A DNA stretch of 64,000 nt from Lingula anatina (Eukaryota; Animalia; Brachiopoda), in the NCBI GenBank assembly GCA_051362555.1, contig CM120640.1, positions 25,220,225 to 25,284,224 on the forward strand. Reading direction: 5' to 3'. Below are positions 49,849-64,000 of the stretch, one piece after another (the stretch's first letter is position 1; each line of letters starts with the position of its first letter). A program made the position numbers and the translations under genes. The notes below the pieces were generated by a model. It was given only the letters and a program-made list of their open reading frames with translations, made no database searches and was not told the origin of the DNA.

Positions 49849-52800
49849 TCCAATAGCACACATGTCGCAATAAGAACGGGTAACTACAGCGCAGTCCTTT
49901 AGGGCCAGTGACATCGGGGCATTTACAAATCTACACGGTATGCTGTAGTTCATGCAGCGCGTAGGCTTATCAGTGTTTTCTTTCATAGATTCCATCGTAT
50001 ACTGGAGCAGAACTTCGAGCGACAGGCACGCAAGGAACAGGCTCGCAGAGATTTGCTCTCAGAAACTGAGCAGCGACGGCAAGTGGAGGAAGCTCGGCGG
50101 CTTAACTTGATGAACAAACGACGCAGAAAGGTGCAATGTTTTAAAAGTTTTTAGCCAATGGAATTAGCCGCATGAACTTATATAGGCATTTTCATGATAA
50201 TTCAGTTCATAAGAATTGTGTAGATCTTGTCGCCCTTTTCAAGTTATGGGATAGCTGCTGATGTTTTTTTTTCTTTTTTGTTATTACTATATTAATCTTC
50301 ACTTACAAATAACCAGCAATCACCCCTCACTGTGAGACATTATGGGAATAGATGGCTAAGCTCTTTGTCGTGCGTACCCTAGGGTCTACAAAAGGACAAT
50401 TTTAAGACTCAAAATATATAAATTACTATTACTTTACATAAAAAAATGAATAAATTACATTTACAATGATTGTCTACCCAAGATACTCCATTTTTTATGT
50501 TCTGATCTATCCGATATAATAATTTAGGAGCGAATGCGTCGTATCATCATGCATCGTCGTTGGCTGGAGCAAGACCTGCTGCGTCGGCAGCGTGCAGAAA
50601 ATCGCAAACGTCAAAAAGAAAATGAATTACAGCAAAAGGTAGCAAATTTTATAAGAAGAATGTTTAATTGTTTATGGAATCTGTTTATTTTTTAAAAAAA
50701 GTAATGGGAGTACAAAAGGAGAAAGGGAGTAGAAAAAAAACTTTTTTTTTCACTTCTAGCTACAGCACGACTGGGAACAACGAAAGAGGGTGCAACAGCA
50801 GAAGATTGAGCGAGAGAATCTGAAGAGGGAGAAAGTGGAAAGAAAGGCAAAAGCACATCAGCAAGAGTGGGAACGACAAATTGACGCCCAGAGAAAAAAG
50901 CAAGAAGGTGAGGCAAACTTATATCAAATCCAGATTGCGATAAAATAATAGTTGTTGGAAAAGATAATAGTGATATTGTGCATCGACAGAATGAAGATCA
51001 GGTGCGCATAGATATTTTTAAATGACTTATACAAGTGGCAAACAGCATCAACATTATGCAAAATTTAATGAAAATTTAATGTCATATTTGCATGAAAATG
51101 GTCAAAACAGTTTTATTATCAAAATAATTTTCTTGTTCTTTAAAAAATTGATATAAATCAAAGCTGTCTGGGTCATGCCTCGACACAAAACTGGCAAAAT
51201 GTTTTTCAGCTTCAATTTCCCGAGTTTGCATGGGTTGATTATAGTACCGTATACGACTTGCATCTTCTATTTGATTCAGGAATCGTCTTGGATTTTGAAT
51301 TTTTGTCTGTTTTAATGTGTAGGTTATACACACTTGGAGAAAATTGTATCAAACTTAAATTTTTACTTGTATCACATCTGAAAAAAATCTTTTCGCCGTT
51401 CATATGTTTAGTTTCATGTTTAGAGATATCACTGTTCCAAATTTTGAAACAATTTTTTTGATGATGATGTAAAAAGTTCTGATGTCGTGAAACATGTAAG
51501 GATTTTTATCTGAGCTCTATAAAATCTTGTATTTTGCAAAACTGTTGTGAGACAGCGAGCAATAATTCAACTAAATGGCTCTCTTTATGATATTTTGCTG
51601 CATAAGACGCGAAAGAATGACTACTTGTTTTGTTTGGCATTCAACATCTTGCTCTATTAATTTTTTTGTTTGATTCAGGCATGCTTTTCTAAACACTGAT
51701 GAATAAAGCAAACACATTCATTGGAAAGAATCACCACTTCTTTTCACTCCACTGTTGTTATAATATATTTATAGAAAGATTTGAAGAAATACGTCGGCGA
51801 CATCGAGAGAAACAGGCACACCTGCAAGCCGTCTATGACGCCAAACTGCAGGCGAAGATAGCTCGGTACTGGGAGCAAAAAAAGCGACATAGGGCCAAAG
51901 GTAAAAAGTATCGACTAAATTGCATTGTTAATGTCAAATAACTAAAAAACGGAAAAATGGATGTTCGCATTAAACGGCCAATGTTAGTTCTATCGTGGAT
52001 TCTAGACAAGTCACATTTTTATACGTTGTGTGTGCATTCTTACGCAGTGCCATAAGGTTTATGGTAATTGCATGGCTTACTTGGAAGACACTGTAGAGTT
52101 TTTCTTCCAAAAGCGAGACCAGATCGCCGTTTGGGATCTTTATACAGATACACTGAATGTTTTTGCATCCAAAACAAAAAAATCAACCGCTGAAAGCCCG
52201 CAGTTCGCAGTTTTGTCTAACCGTTACTGAACACCTTATGACAGCGTGGCCGTAAGTGGGATTCTCTTAATGAGACTTCCTTCCCCTATAGTGTATACCA
52301 TACAGGCCAAAACAATCATATTTCTACATTTCAAAAGTGTAAATTAAAGACGTTCCATTATTCCAGGAAAGGTACGTCCAAACCTAAAGAGCACATGGAG
52401 TTTGTCTACATGTCTGGCTGGTCTTGCAGGTAGGTTGTACATGTACGGTATTGAAATCCTATTCCCTTTCAGTCTTTCTTCAAAATAAGTGTAGAAACAT
52501 GAAGGACTTGAAATATGAATCTAAAGCGATTTTTTCTAATGGGCATATCGATAAAAATTTCAGATGACCTACAAGATAAAAAGAAAAAGCGCACCTTGAT
52601 GAGTACCGCCCATCCTCTGATCAACCATTCAGTGAGCACGCTAGGACTTAATGACTTGCGGGGAGCAACAGTTTTTTCCACCGTAATAGGCGTGGCTAAA
52701 AAGAAGTCTGCGGAAGGCCTCGAAAAAAAGGTATGTAACAGGAACGATACTCTTAATGCCATGATACGTAGGTCCTTATTATTATAATTATTATTATTAT

Positions 52801-55734
52801 TATGAGAAGCGTACATAAGCGTACCTTTAGCGTTACTCTAGTGTCGTCTTTGTATGCCTAACGTATCCCAAGGCTCATACAGTCGTACACGCTGAAAAAT
52901 TTTGAACATGCTCAAAAATTTTATATCCTGCGTACGCGAACGTATTCCAACGTTTGCCTGCGTAGTTGGAACGTATACGAGATACGACTACCGTAGATTT
53001 GAGTTTGTCTGCGCATGAGCTTTTTTCATATATATGAGTAGTGTGTCAGTGCCTCGAGGAATGCAATCGCTGTGCTTCTTTCTTTCACCAAAGTTAATGT
53101 AATAAATTTCAATGTCACTTTTTGAATTAAAAAAAGAAAACGGCTTACTTGAAATGCCCTAAAATGTTAGGGACGCTGTAAGTTAACCAGTTGCAAATCA
53201 TTCATATTAAAAAAATACGACAGAAAGAAAAAGTCAAATTGAGCTGTAAGTGCCACCAAAGAATTAAACTTCAGTGTAACGTTGCTCCGTGGTATCCGTG
53301 TGTAAGACAATTATATGTAGTTTCATGTGCTGTTGTCTCAAATTAATCTTAGCACTTTGCTTTATGACATCCGTTATCCCTTATACATGTATGTCGTTTT
53401 ACATGTATCACCGGGCCGTTCTTGTCTTTCAGTCAAAACGTTTGTCAAACGACGTTTGCTGGTTCTTTGAACACATTTGCATTTTTGTTTAAATGACGCC
53501 AGTGCATAATTAACATTAAGCCTTTTTTTTTTCTTCAGCGGAGCGACCTTGCGATAGGCGACCTCCGAGGCGTCATACTGACCAGCTCTGAAGATGTCAT
53601 GGTCAAGGTGTGGTTAATTTGAGATACAAAATATTTGATGTGCATGCATAATTCATAAAGCATATTTTGTATATAGAAATGGGATAAATGTGGACCTGAT
53701 GCTGTGTATTTGCTATTGCATATGGGGCATTTAATCTTTAAATGCTCCATTTAAAAATAAACTTTGTGAATTTGCATATGTTTTATTTCCTGTGATTCAG
53801 GCCGAGGGAACCGATTCCACGGAGTCAATGGGGTATGGTGACATGCACGGCATCATTGCGCTACCTGGTTCTGTAGAACCCACCAAAGAGGTGAGTGACA
53901 GAACGTGCATGTGTACACAGTATCAGCAGTCATTTTTAATAATAGCAACAAAACGTTGGATTCAACTTTTGGTTGAGTACTAAGTAATATGCACTACCAG
54001 TAGTATTGTTAAAAGCTATTATACACGTATTGTAGAATAAGAATGAACACGATTATCAAGTACTTTCACAGCAAAAATCTCCAAACTTCAACTGAATTTT
54101 ATAGCTGTCCAATTTTTCTGCATTTGTTTCATTTCTTTGGTTATGATCAGTGGTAATAATGTTCTCGTATACCGCTCCTTATATAAAACTATGTTTTCTT
54201 AATTATCCTCGTAACAGAGTCACTACACGTCCTTGTCAACCCTGACGAAGAACATAAGTCACGACATTGTCCAGGCAGCACAATTCATTGTTCAGTCCAC
54301 GGTCGAGATTGTCAGTAAGGTATAAATTTCGCGTGGTTCAGAAATTTTTATATGCTCTTACACTTGGTTATGATATGTTGTAAATGTCTGGGGATATTCT
54401 CTTCAAAGTATTCTTACTTCCAAATATCTCGTTTTCTTTCGTGGACCGGAAACTTTCGGAAGAATGCCGCGTTATGCCAAAGATAGTTCTAAGATTAGGG
54501 ATAGAAAGAATTGGTAACTTTCTGAGAACATGGCCACAGCCAAATTTGCCTTATGGAACAAAAACAGTACAAAAATAGACCAACTGCATTGCCAGTCCCT
54601 TTTTTCTGTATACCAATTTTTTCTTCACTTACCTACGAACTGGGTTGCCTTTGGCATTTCAAATACATTATGTGCATCGATTCAAGGATCAGTTGCATTA
54701 GAACTAAAATAGAACAAGTTGTCAGTATATGAAAGTCGTACTAGAAAGACTAACTCTCTAGAAATTGATCTCTTTTAATTGAACTAAAACTACAGATTTC
54801 TATTCCAGCTCGCCATTATGAGGTGTGTAATAAATCTTTATGTGAACATATTTTCTCTCTACAGATCATTTTCCCAGCCTATCAGCAGGTCCAAGTGGAA
54901 AAAACCATAGAAATGATGGAAGAGGATGACGGTGCGTTGAATTTTTCTATTGTGGACGCAAATATTTTCGCTGATAGATACTCTAATGTGAACCCGTTTC
55001 GGAAATAAAAGTACTGCTTTGTATGAAATGTGTAGAATTCTTGAAAAATTAAGGCATTAGAGAAAGTATCCGGTTAGACATTAACTTGTTTTAACATCAG
55101 AAGTCATTTTTGTTTTGCAAATCTAAAAGTGTCTAATTTTATGATCTGTGTAATTAATCTCCAACTCATAACTCCCCTCAATGCCATTCGTTGAAAATCC
55201 GTAATAAAACGACAAGGCTAAGCAGAATATGATAGCAAATGTGGCTTTATACGCACGTGTATGTGTGTATAGATAAAGCTAGTAAAATGCTTGACGTGCA
55301 GTGCATACTTGCCATTACTTAATTCATCTGCGTTAGTTGTAAAAAAATACCTCAAATTAGGTAATATGAACACAGATTTTGTTCGGAGCATAGAAATTCC
55401 AAACTGGATCTGGATATTTCTCTCGGATAAAGTGTTTTTTTTTCAATTGATTAAATAAGAGAAGTTGGCATTAAGTATGAAGAGAAAAGCTATTACATTA
55501 CACGCCACTGAGTCGCCACCTTTACCGTTCACAGGTGTTCTACGAGAGAGTGAAATTAACCAAAGTGTTAGTGACTATGGCGAGGATGAGGACATAGTAG
55601 GTGTAGTGGAGAATACAGCACTAGATGGCGAAATGGTCTTAAAGGGTACCTTTCTTCTTATTTATCACTTAGCACAACAAACAGTCGCATATAAACTGAA
55701 ATTGCCTAGATGAGTCAACGTTTAAGAGACAAAA

Positions 55735-55777
<43 letters not shown>

Positions 55778-58700
55778 TAGGTCTTTCAGAACAATTTTCT
55801 TTAATATGGCTTCCTGTAACTCATCATTTTGGAAAAATTAATGGGGGGGGGGGAATAATGATAGATGAAAGGACAGGAATAAGACTACAATATATACAAA
55901 TCATACGGAAAACTGTTGGATAGACCTATATTTAGATAAATTTTGATAAACCACATTTGTACAATTGGTCTCATCAGTATTTTTTCTGACTGTTATTTTG
56001 AGAAATTTTGCGTAATTTCAGGTGTTCGCCCCCCTAAAGATGCTTTATATGGCAACATAGATTTTGACAATGATGTCCTTGGTGTGGTGAGAAACGAGTC
56101 TGATGCACATGTATTTGAAACAAGTAAGCCGGCTTTTTAAACTCACGTTTGTTCCATACATGCTTATTGGCGAGATTGACAGCACAATAAAATACAAAGT
56201 TAACCTTGCAGATAATGTCTATAACTTCATCGAGCAGGGGGTTTAATCTGTACATAAACATAAGGCAAACAATAAGGATGTGTGTTTGTGTTTCCATAAA
56301 GATAAATAAGTAAGCAGGATTATCAGTCGTAAGTGCGGACTATTGCATCCGCTTTCATTTTCTCTCTCACTCTCTCTGTTTTAGAGTCAAGAAAGAGATC
56401 CGTAAGATTTAGTAGCGTGGACGAAATGCTTGGCGGCGATTCCGACGCCATATACCCTGTGTATGAATTAGACGAGTCGGGAGAGGAGGGGGATGTTGAA
56501 GACGAAGTCCTTTTCCGGCGTGGAGACGTGGCATATTCAAGACCGGACTCAACGGATATGTCTCTACAATCAGTCGAAGGATCTCCAGAAGATTCTGCTG
56601 ACGAAGACATGGAATATGTGGGCGCACCCCTTATGTCCAAAGACTCGCTGACGTTAGCAGAGAAACGTATTGCAGCTGAGAAAAAGATAACCTCTGTGTA
56701 TGTCAAGGACGCTTTGTTGTCGCTGATAGAGGACCTACAAGCGGGACTCCTTGCCCCAGAGCAGCTGCTGAAACTGGCAGAATGTGCACGGGAAATCCTA
56801 GACGGCAAAACATCGAAACCCCAGCCTACCAGCGCCGCGTCCAGTTTAACAGCGTTTGTCGATGATTACGTTTGTGGCGTGATTGATAAGGTGGAGGAGG
56901 AATTCGAGGAGGGGTTAATCAAACCTGCAGACATAGCTGCAAGTCTCATACGCCTAGGCCTGAATACAGATGACACCAAAGTTGTAAACCCCAAAGAACA
57001 AGGGGAATCTTCGACAACCTCGTTAAAGGCACAGTCCATCGTTGAGGAAGTATTAGAAAAAGTGTGTCAGGAAATTGCACAAGGTAGAATGGAAGACAAA
57101 GATATTGGGAACCTCGATGACGCCATTGCTGAAGTTGCTTTGGAGAATACCGAGAGATCAGACACTTCTATATTTGCAGATAATTTTACAACTGACACCA
57201 TAGAAAGAGTTCAGAGAAAACTAAAAGGTGTACAGTCTACCCCAAGTGTCGTTTCCAATGCTTCTTCAGTATTTGCAGAAAGCTTTGTTAACAGCAAACT
57301 TAACAAAGTTTTTGGAAAGCTCGCTAGAAGGAGATCTGAAACAAGAGTGGACCAGAGTCCTGTTTCTTCTATGGTGAGCGCAGCTTCATCCAATGCGTCT
57401 TCCTTGTTTGCGGATGAGTTTGTTGATAGCAGGATTCAAGCAGTAATGCAAGGGATAAAGAGTAACCAGGGTGCACTACAGGAAGCGGCCTCTGTCAGAT
57501 CCATCAGATCAAGAGCCTCATCTTTAGCTGATAATATAATATTTCGTGCTATTGAAGAACTTACTTTTGATTCGTCTCTTGCAGAGGAGGGTGATGCAAC
57601 AAACACTAGAGAAGATAAGATAGAAGAAAAGCATCTTCCACAAAAGGAGAAATCACATCATTCGAGCGTTTCAAAAGCGTCTGATACAAGTATTGCACAC
57701 CAACTGGTCCAAGGTGTGCTCCAAAAGGTTGTTGGTGAACTGCGTGCAGGAAAAGGGTTGGATCGCTCAAGCGTTGAACGCATCGCAAATAACTTGATGA
57801 AGTGGCACTCAAATATGATAGGACCGGTAGAACCAACAGGCAGCAGCGAGGTTGTGGCAACTGCTACAAGCAAACACAGTTTGCCAAGAGCAGGTGTATC
57901 AACAACAAGTTTCCTAGCCGAAACCGTTATTAATGACGTGTTTGAGCGAATGTTAAAAGAAGTACAGCAGGACAATTTGAACAACTTTGAAATGTCTCAT
58001 CTCGCCAAAAGCATTGATAAAATGGCATCAGAACTTGATTGGGGTGAAAACCTAGACAAGGTAAAAGACCAACACCCAGTTGAAGACATAGATATTGTCC
58101 CTGTGATTGGTCAAACTCCACTGGACATTCCGCAAGAGGAAATAAAAAGTGGCCTTGCTGCACTGTCAATTAAAAATTTCCAACCGAGAGAGATAAAAAA
58201 CGTGGAATCACTTCGGACAGAGGCCAGAAATTCCTTCAGAGATATCTTCAAGCCAAACCTTAGTGACATCGTAGGCAATACAAACACTAGATCATCACAA
58301 AATATAATAAGACAAAATATCGTCCAAGCGTCGTGCCACAACATAGGTTTTCATGGAAAAATTAGTCGTGCACATGCTCCCGTTTCGAAGTCATACAACT
58401 GCGCTGCAAATGATTATCAGAACATGTCATCTCCAAGAAGGGCCAGCAAACAATCATCAGAGGATCTCGTTTCTAAAAATTCACCAGATGTAGGAATTGA
58501 GGTTGTTAATATCGAGCATAATGTCGACTCCTTGAGTAGGATTGATATGGGAGTACCTCACAGCCAGACCAAGAACCTAGATTCCAAAACTGAGTCGACA
58601 GGCAGTCTCAGTAAATCTGTCAACATACGTATTCAACCTATGGTCGGTTCTAAGCCTTTGGATATTGATCCAGAAATTGTTGCTGCTGGCCTATCCGCTT

Positions 58701-60031
58701 TATCTATCAAGACGTCTGCTTCTCCTTGCGACATTGCAGAGACAGCTCCCTATTCGGCCTTGCAAAGGAACTCCTTCAGATGTGTCCTCAAACCTGACAT
58801 AACGAAAATCAAGGAAATATCTCAAAAGCAAGAATCCATTGAGGATTTTAGAAGAAAGATCATTGCCTCAAGCCATACCTTATATGGGGATGACACACGA
58901 GAGCCCGGAGTGGTGCGCAGCGGCATATCAGAAGATTATATGTGTGACAGTGGCTCGCAGATCAAGGTGAATTATATGAAACACCCCAAGAATGTCCAAC
59001 AACTGAGAGATCAAGGACGAAGATCGAGCCTGCCAGAACCAAGCCTTTTAAGACAACTGCAATCAAGAAAAATAAAGAATGGGAAAGAAACACAGAGTAG
59101 TAGCTTAACAGCAATAAGACGACCAGAAGCGGACAATTTATTGGGCGAGGTTACGGTCCGTTTAGTTGAAGAACGAGGGTCTGGAGCCGAGTTGAATACT
59201 AGGGATGTTTCTAAGATACAACACAGTTCTACAGTTTCTTCCTCAAATGTTGTAGACGATGTCGACATTAGTCATGCAAGCAAGCGAGCACGTTCAAGGG
59301 TGAAAGGCACCAAGTCTTCTCCGTCAGCGAAGAAAAGCCCATCAAGTGGGTCCAGGTCTGTGCCTTCAACTCCTCCTTCTCATCAGTCATGTCCTGCGGT
59401 GTCAAAATGCCAAAAAGTTCACTCGTCTGCGTTGAATACTTCATCAACTTCATCTGTACATCCCTGTAGGAGATCAAAGGAAAAATTGAAAGACAGCAAA
59501 GAGGAAATGAACGATCAGACTAAACGACTGGAAAAGGCCAAAAAGTCTTCACATGCCAATGTTTCTTCCACTTGTGACAAAGACTCCTCTTTCATAGTAT
59601 CGGGAGGGAAGAATAAGAGAGACGGTAGTCTGGCTTACAGCAAAACAGCTGCCAAACGTTCAGTTAATTCTCCATATGCTGCTTTCCAAACCAGTCCGAA
59701 GAATTCAGCTGCATCTTTGGGCTGTCGAAACAACGACAATAGTAGTTCTTCGTCTAGTGAACAATCTATTCAAGACTCAAACAACATCACCACTACTGCA
59801 ACACAATCTAACCCCGAGGCATCCTCCACAACTTCCAAAGGCGGTGTTACCGGCAGGCGCAGCGAAAATAAAATTACAAGTCCACCTTTGTCATCGATCG
59901 TTTCACCCACCTCTTCACAGAGTGTGGTAAACACAGGCAGCAGTAGTGGCCCCAGTACTTCTGCACAAGAAAGCGGTAAAAACACGCTGAGTGATAAATC
60001 TTCATTCCATAACTCAGAAACAAGCATTTAG
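47890..60031 (+). CDS. FSIP2: Fibrous sheath-interacting protein 2-like, multi-exon with 3.6-kb terminal exon
   Basis: Exons 47890-48069, 48398-48519 and 49264-49390 give LPLDAKLPMMP..FTTKVGEK|..FDLTDPYA..EYKELHDPHLKPY..|LYKEGLITKSGKVLCNLKEFNEFRQYL, the conserved FSIP2 N-terminal block. Coiled-coil exons follow (49660-49784, 49989-50130, ~50528-50638, ~50760-50907, ~51775-51900), then small exons at ~52367, 52564, 53539, 53801, 54218, 54864, 55534 and 56022, and a final exon ~56384-60031. Middle exon boundaries are approximate. Confidence 0.85.
49814..49848. repeat. (GTA)n microsatellite
   Basis: About 11 units, intronic. Confidence 0.9.
55735..55777. repeat. (TTA)n microsatellite
   Basis: About 14 units, intronic. 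Confidence 0.9.
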
Positions 60032-63000
60032 CACGCCCATTTTTTTTATAAACTTGCACGTATTTTCCTCATATTATATATCTAGGATAAAGAATAAGTT
60101 GAGAATTTGATTGTAAAATGTTATTTTATTACTCATTATGCAAACATCAACGAAAGGCACGTTTATTTTACACAACTATCATATGGTAAACATCAGTATC
60201 GGCGAAGAGACAGATTTGATTCCTAGCAGCCTGAACGTTTCAATGAACTGTATGCAATTATTGAATGAACGCATGTATGCAACTTATATTTGGCCGCTAG
60301 TTTCTAATGATGCTCGAGGTAAATTAGTGGTTTGCAGGTCTACTTCATTAAAACAATGTAGCTGGTGGTGAAAGGGAATGCTAGTTTCATATTTCACCAG
60401 AAAATATCCTATAACAGGCATATATTCGCAGTACAAAAACTATACGTTTCTGTTCATTCATGTTAAATAATATCTTAGACCTACTGATATATGTGATAAA
60501 TAAAGATATAGCCAAACAACACATTATAATGAATTGTGTTCAAAATATTTGTCTTATTCCAAAAAGGTATTGGATTTAAAACGCGAGCCATGTAACATTA
60601 TTTTTGTTAAATAATACAACGTCATGGACTGCCATATGCTGACTTTGTATTTGGTAAAGTGGCAATTACTGAAGAAGACAGCTGCAATAGCTATTAGAAA
60701 TATAATTGGATTATATTAATTGATTATAATAAAACTAAGATTTCAGATATACATATATTTAATATACATACAGTACATGCTGAGGATTGAGGAATGTAAA
60801 AAAGTTTGCACGTTTCAGTTGAAATGTTGTTTTGCTGTCCGCTGTGTTAGTTCAACAATAGTAGCTACGAGCACGAGTTGTAGCAGGCCATGGCGTACTA
60901 TTTGCGGACATGTCGGACTTCTTTTATTCAAAACAAATTTGGGCATAGTGAAATTTATTATCTGTTCATATTTCTCTCGGTTTCGGAAAGTTTAAGCCGA
61001 TCTTTTATTACGTGTCTCCATTGATGTCATCAGCAATATTAGCAAATTATATTTAGGTCTGCCATCCTGTTATATGCCCATATAGGCAATGATAACGCTC
61101 TTATCATCCATTTGCACGTACTTGGTGGCATTTATGGGCTTATAATCACCGGTGATAATGAACAGGGCAGGGCACACCATGATTTCTAATTCCAATTTTT
61201 CTTCCACTCCCAATTATCAAATACACCGAACAGAAATTCATTTCGTGACTTATTGCGTGAAGGCGCTTTTTGCTGAAAATACCATTAGTAGTTTATCGTT
61301 GGTAAAGTTAACTATTTGACTATATTAAATCATCCAAAACTGTTCAGCTACAAACCATACATTTAATTCAAATACCCCGCCAGATTCAAGGGGTAGAGTG
61401 CTTGAAAAGTAGTTTGGGGTAAATACGAATGATGGTCACTACCTTAATAGACGAAGGCGGGTAACGGATCCTTTGCGGCAATGAATGACTTTTGCGGATG
61501 GATGTAGACATGATGGCCTTGAACGATTGCCTTAATCCGTTGGGTAGGGGTGCTTGTTGGACACAAATATTCAGGAGATTATGAATTCAGGGTGGCTTTC
61601 GGTCTGTTTTTGGAGTGCCTCTTGCTCTGTCAGTTTAAGCCCTTGGTTCCTTTACTTGAGAAGAAAACGTCAACACCATCAGATACCGTTAGTTCATGCA
61701 GCACTATCGGACATATTTGCCCTCGCACGAATATTTTCGCCCTCGCCTTCCAATTCACCGCAACACAGCCTGTTAAGATACATATTTCCTTTATCAACAG
61801 AACGTTTTGTTTGCAGAAAGGCCATTTTGAAGCAGACAGAGACAACCAATTGCGGATCTAATCTGAAGACGAATCAGGACGTGCAGACGATTATTTTTTA
61901 CAGAACATTATGATTAATTACAATGCGCCCGGAATTCAACAATCAAGACTAATTGGCCATGTAAGCAGTGTGGCACACCACAAAAAAAGGCATATTAAGT
62001 CTACTGATTTCATTCGAGATACAAAAATAACAAAACGTACTAAAATATTTTAAATATTCAAAGTCCTCATGATTATTTATTAAAAAATCGAACGATGCTC
62101 CATCTTTTTGAATAACGCCTAAACAGTTCAGATACCCAATATAACAATATATCCCAGCAAATTCGGTCTAATGTACCCCCAGGTATTTATTTATTTATTT
62201 ATTTATTTTGCCTTTATCTTTGAAACACTCCTTTACACTCTAGGCCTACAAGTTATAATTAATAGGGCATAACATAATATCTTGACGAAAATGTTAATAC
62301 ATTTATGAACGTCCACAGTGAATAAAAGGGATGTTTCCTTGAATCCTAGAATTCTGTAATAGAATTGAATAAAGCGAATAAAAGTCTGCATGTCAGACTT
62401 TGTCGACTGTTTGCCAATTGTGCTGTTAATGACAAGACCTTAAAAAACAAGGCTAAATGTCATGCTGACCTATATAATGCTGTCTATATCTTCAAAACGT
62501 GAATACATCTTTTTACAACGAAAACGTGATAATTAGAAGAGAATTACACTAATGGCAATACTTTGAAAAGCAAAGTCAAATGTCATGCTGATCGGACTCA
62601 CATGACCCTTTCAACTTTGTCGTGGTTTATTGGTTGATCGAGAAAAACAGTTCCGCCAATATCGTGCAAGTTTCAATAATTCGTTGCTGTCAGCAAATAG
62701 TATCGTCTTTGTGTGAAAAAAACATACCTGAAGAACTTAGACAAGGCATAACACCACGTGCTGTATATACTTCATGTACAACTGTTGTCTTTTCTTTAGT
62801 TTGAGTTAAACAATCAATAAAAAATACACTTTCTTATTTTTGAAAGTAAATTTAGTTTTGGAAAAATGCAATTCTACGTGTATCTACACTTTCGTCACAA
62901 CAACAACTTTACCATTTAACAAATTTTTTTTTATACTTTGACATAAGTACAGTTGAATTCAAAACGTTACTTATGGATATTTCCTTTCCTTCTGTTTGTG

Positions 63001-64000
63001 TGTATGTTCATATGTTCATTATTTCAACCATACTTGCATTATTGTTTATTCTTTGTAGTTTTGATGTACCGGTAGAACCGTTTTAAGAAATAAAATATCA
63101 TTGTAACTCAGTTTGCATCATCTTACACTCTTGTTAAAACTATGGAATGTTTTGAAAATTATAGATATAATTTGGCGGTAGCATTGAGCAATAAACAATT
63201 TTCATATTACAAGGTGAACTAATGCAAAATAGTTGGTTAGAATTGTCAAACCCTGTATAGGAGAATGTATATCAGAATGGCAGGCCACGTGTACAAAGCA
63301 ATTTACGCGACCGAGCTTCAGCATTAGTCGTGCCTTTAAAACTACAGCCAGGAAGGATTGTATGCCCTAAGAGATGTGTGTCGTCAAAAGAGAACATTTT
63401 CAGTATCTTCTCTGAGGAACTGTTGCGAAATCTCACAATAACCCGAGATTCCAGAGGATAAGTCAACAGGAGACGCCTGATTTGTGGTCCTGGGCAAGGT
63501 GTACCCCTAACAAAACTTTTTTGACCCAACAGGGGAAGAGACGCCGCTAGTAATGGACCCTGCAACTCCATTGCCTCCATTGTGTGAAATGCGTCATGAG
63601 AGGCGTGCCTGGTTTTCTAATGAAGCAAAATTTCTTCTTCGTGGCGTTGTTAACAGACTCCATGATTCATGTCAAGTCAGGGAGAGATGAAGACAGTGAG
63701 GTGGGGATTGTTTTCTACGGCGTTGGTTCTATCTACCTCTGGCTGCCATTCCTTATGAATGTCCTACCAATCTGGCTTTCCTCAGAGAAAGTGTAGCTGC
63801 TGACGTCTACATACAAGTTCTGATGACAAAAATGATGCCATATGCCAGAGCCCATGCTAATTATGTGTAAATTTGGTGACATTCGGTTGCCTCTATGGAA
63901 ATGACAGTGAAACATCGGATTCGACGGGGTGCATGTCATAAATTTGAATAAATGGCATAAAGTAAGGGTATCTTCTCCGCCATTTTTTACCTTTACCATT

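Noticed and set aside
52810-53000. Palindromic AAAATTTTTGAACATGCTCAAAAATTTT with CGTA-rich flanks
   Set aside because: Probably an old MITE remnant, but no TIR or TSD boundaries could be defined.
61480-61913. Overlapping 103- and 119-aa ORFs in a GC-richer patch
   Set aside because: No recognisable motif or convincing splice structure. Cannot be supported without a search.
63272-64000. GC-richer segment with several short ORFs at the window end
   Set aside because: All frames contain stops and no family motif was recognised. It may be a 3' exon/UTR or a decayed element continuing outside the window.

Overview
AT-rich, intron-rich eukaryotic DNA. The gene content and transposon types suggest a marine invertebrate, possibly a lophotrochozoan (inference). 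Seven host genes were reconstructed by hand from splice sites: the 3' exons of ZNF593/BUD20 (+); a 14-exon gene for a RING-HC / coiled-coil / UBR-box-like protein (-), head-to-head with a CCPG1/PBXIP1-like ER membrane protein carrying several LIR/FIR-like motifs (+); a GPI-anchored Ly6/uPAR three-finger protein (+); an intron-rich SIAH (+); a CD225/dispanin protein (+); and an FSIP2-like gene (+). The introns and intergenic DNA hold many mobile elements: a decayed Sola3-like transposon, two Kolobok-type MITEs, an IS3EU-type non-autonomous element, a Helentron-associated (HINE-like) element carrying a 146-bp satellite, a Penelope-like insertion with inverted pLTRs and candidate hammerhead ribozymes, a 5.4-kb decayed Kolobok with a nested LINE fragment, and hAT-like MITEs. 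The most interesting candidate system is the divergent RING-UBR E3 / CCPG1-like pair, whose shared ~350-bp promoter contains a palindromic double M-box and a CRE-like site. No database searches were run. All family assignments come from recognising motifs by eye.
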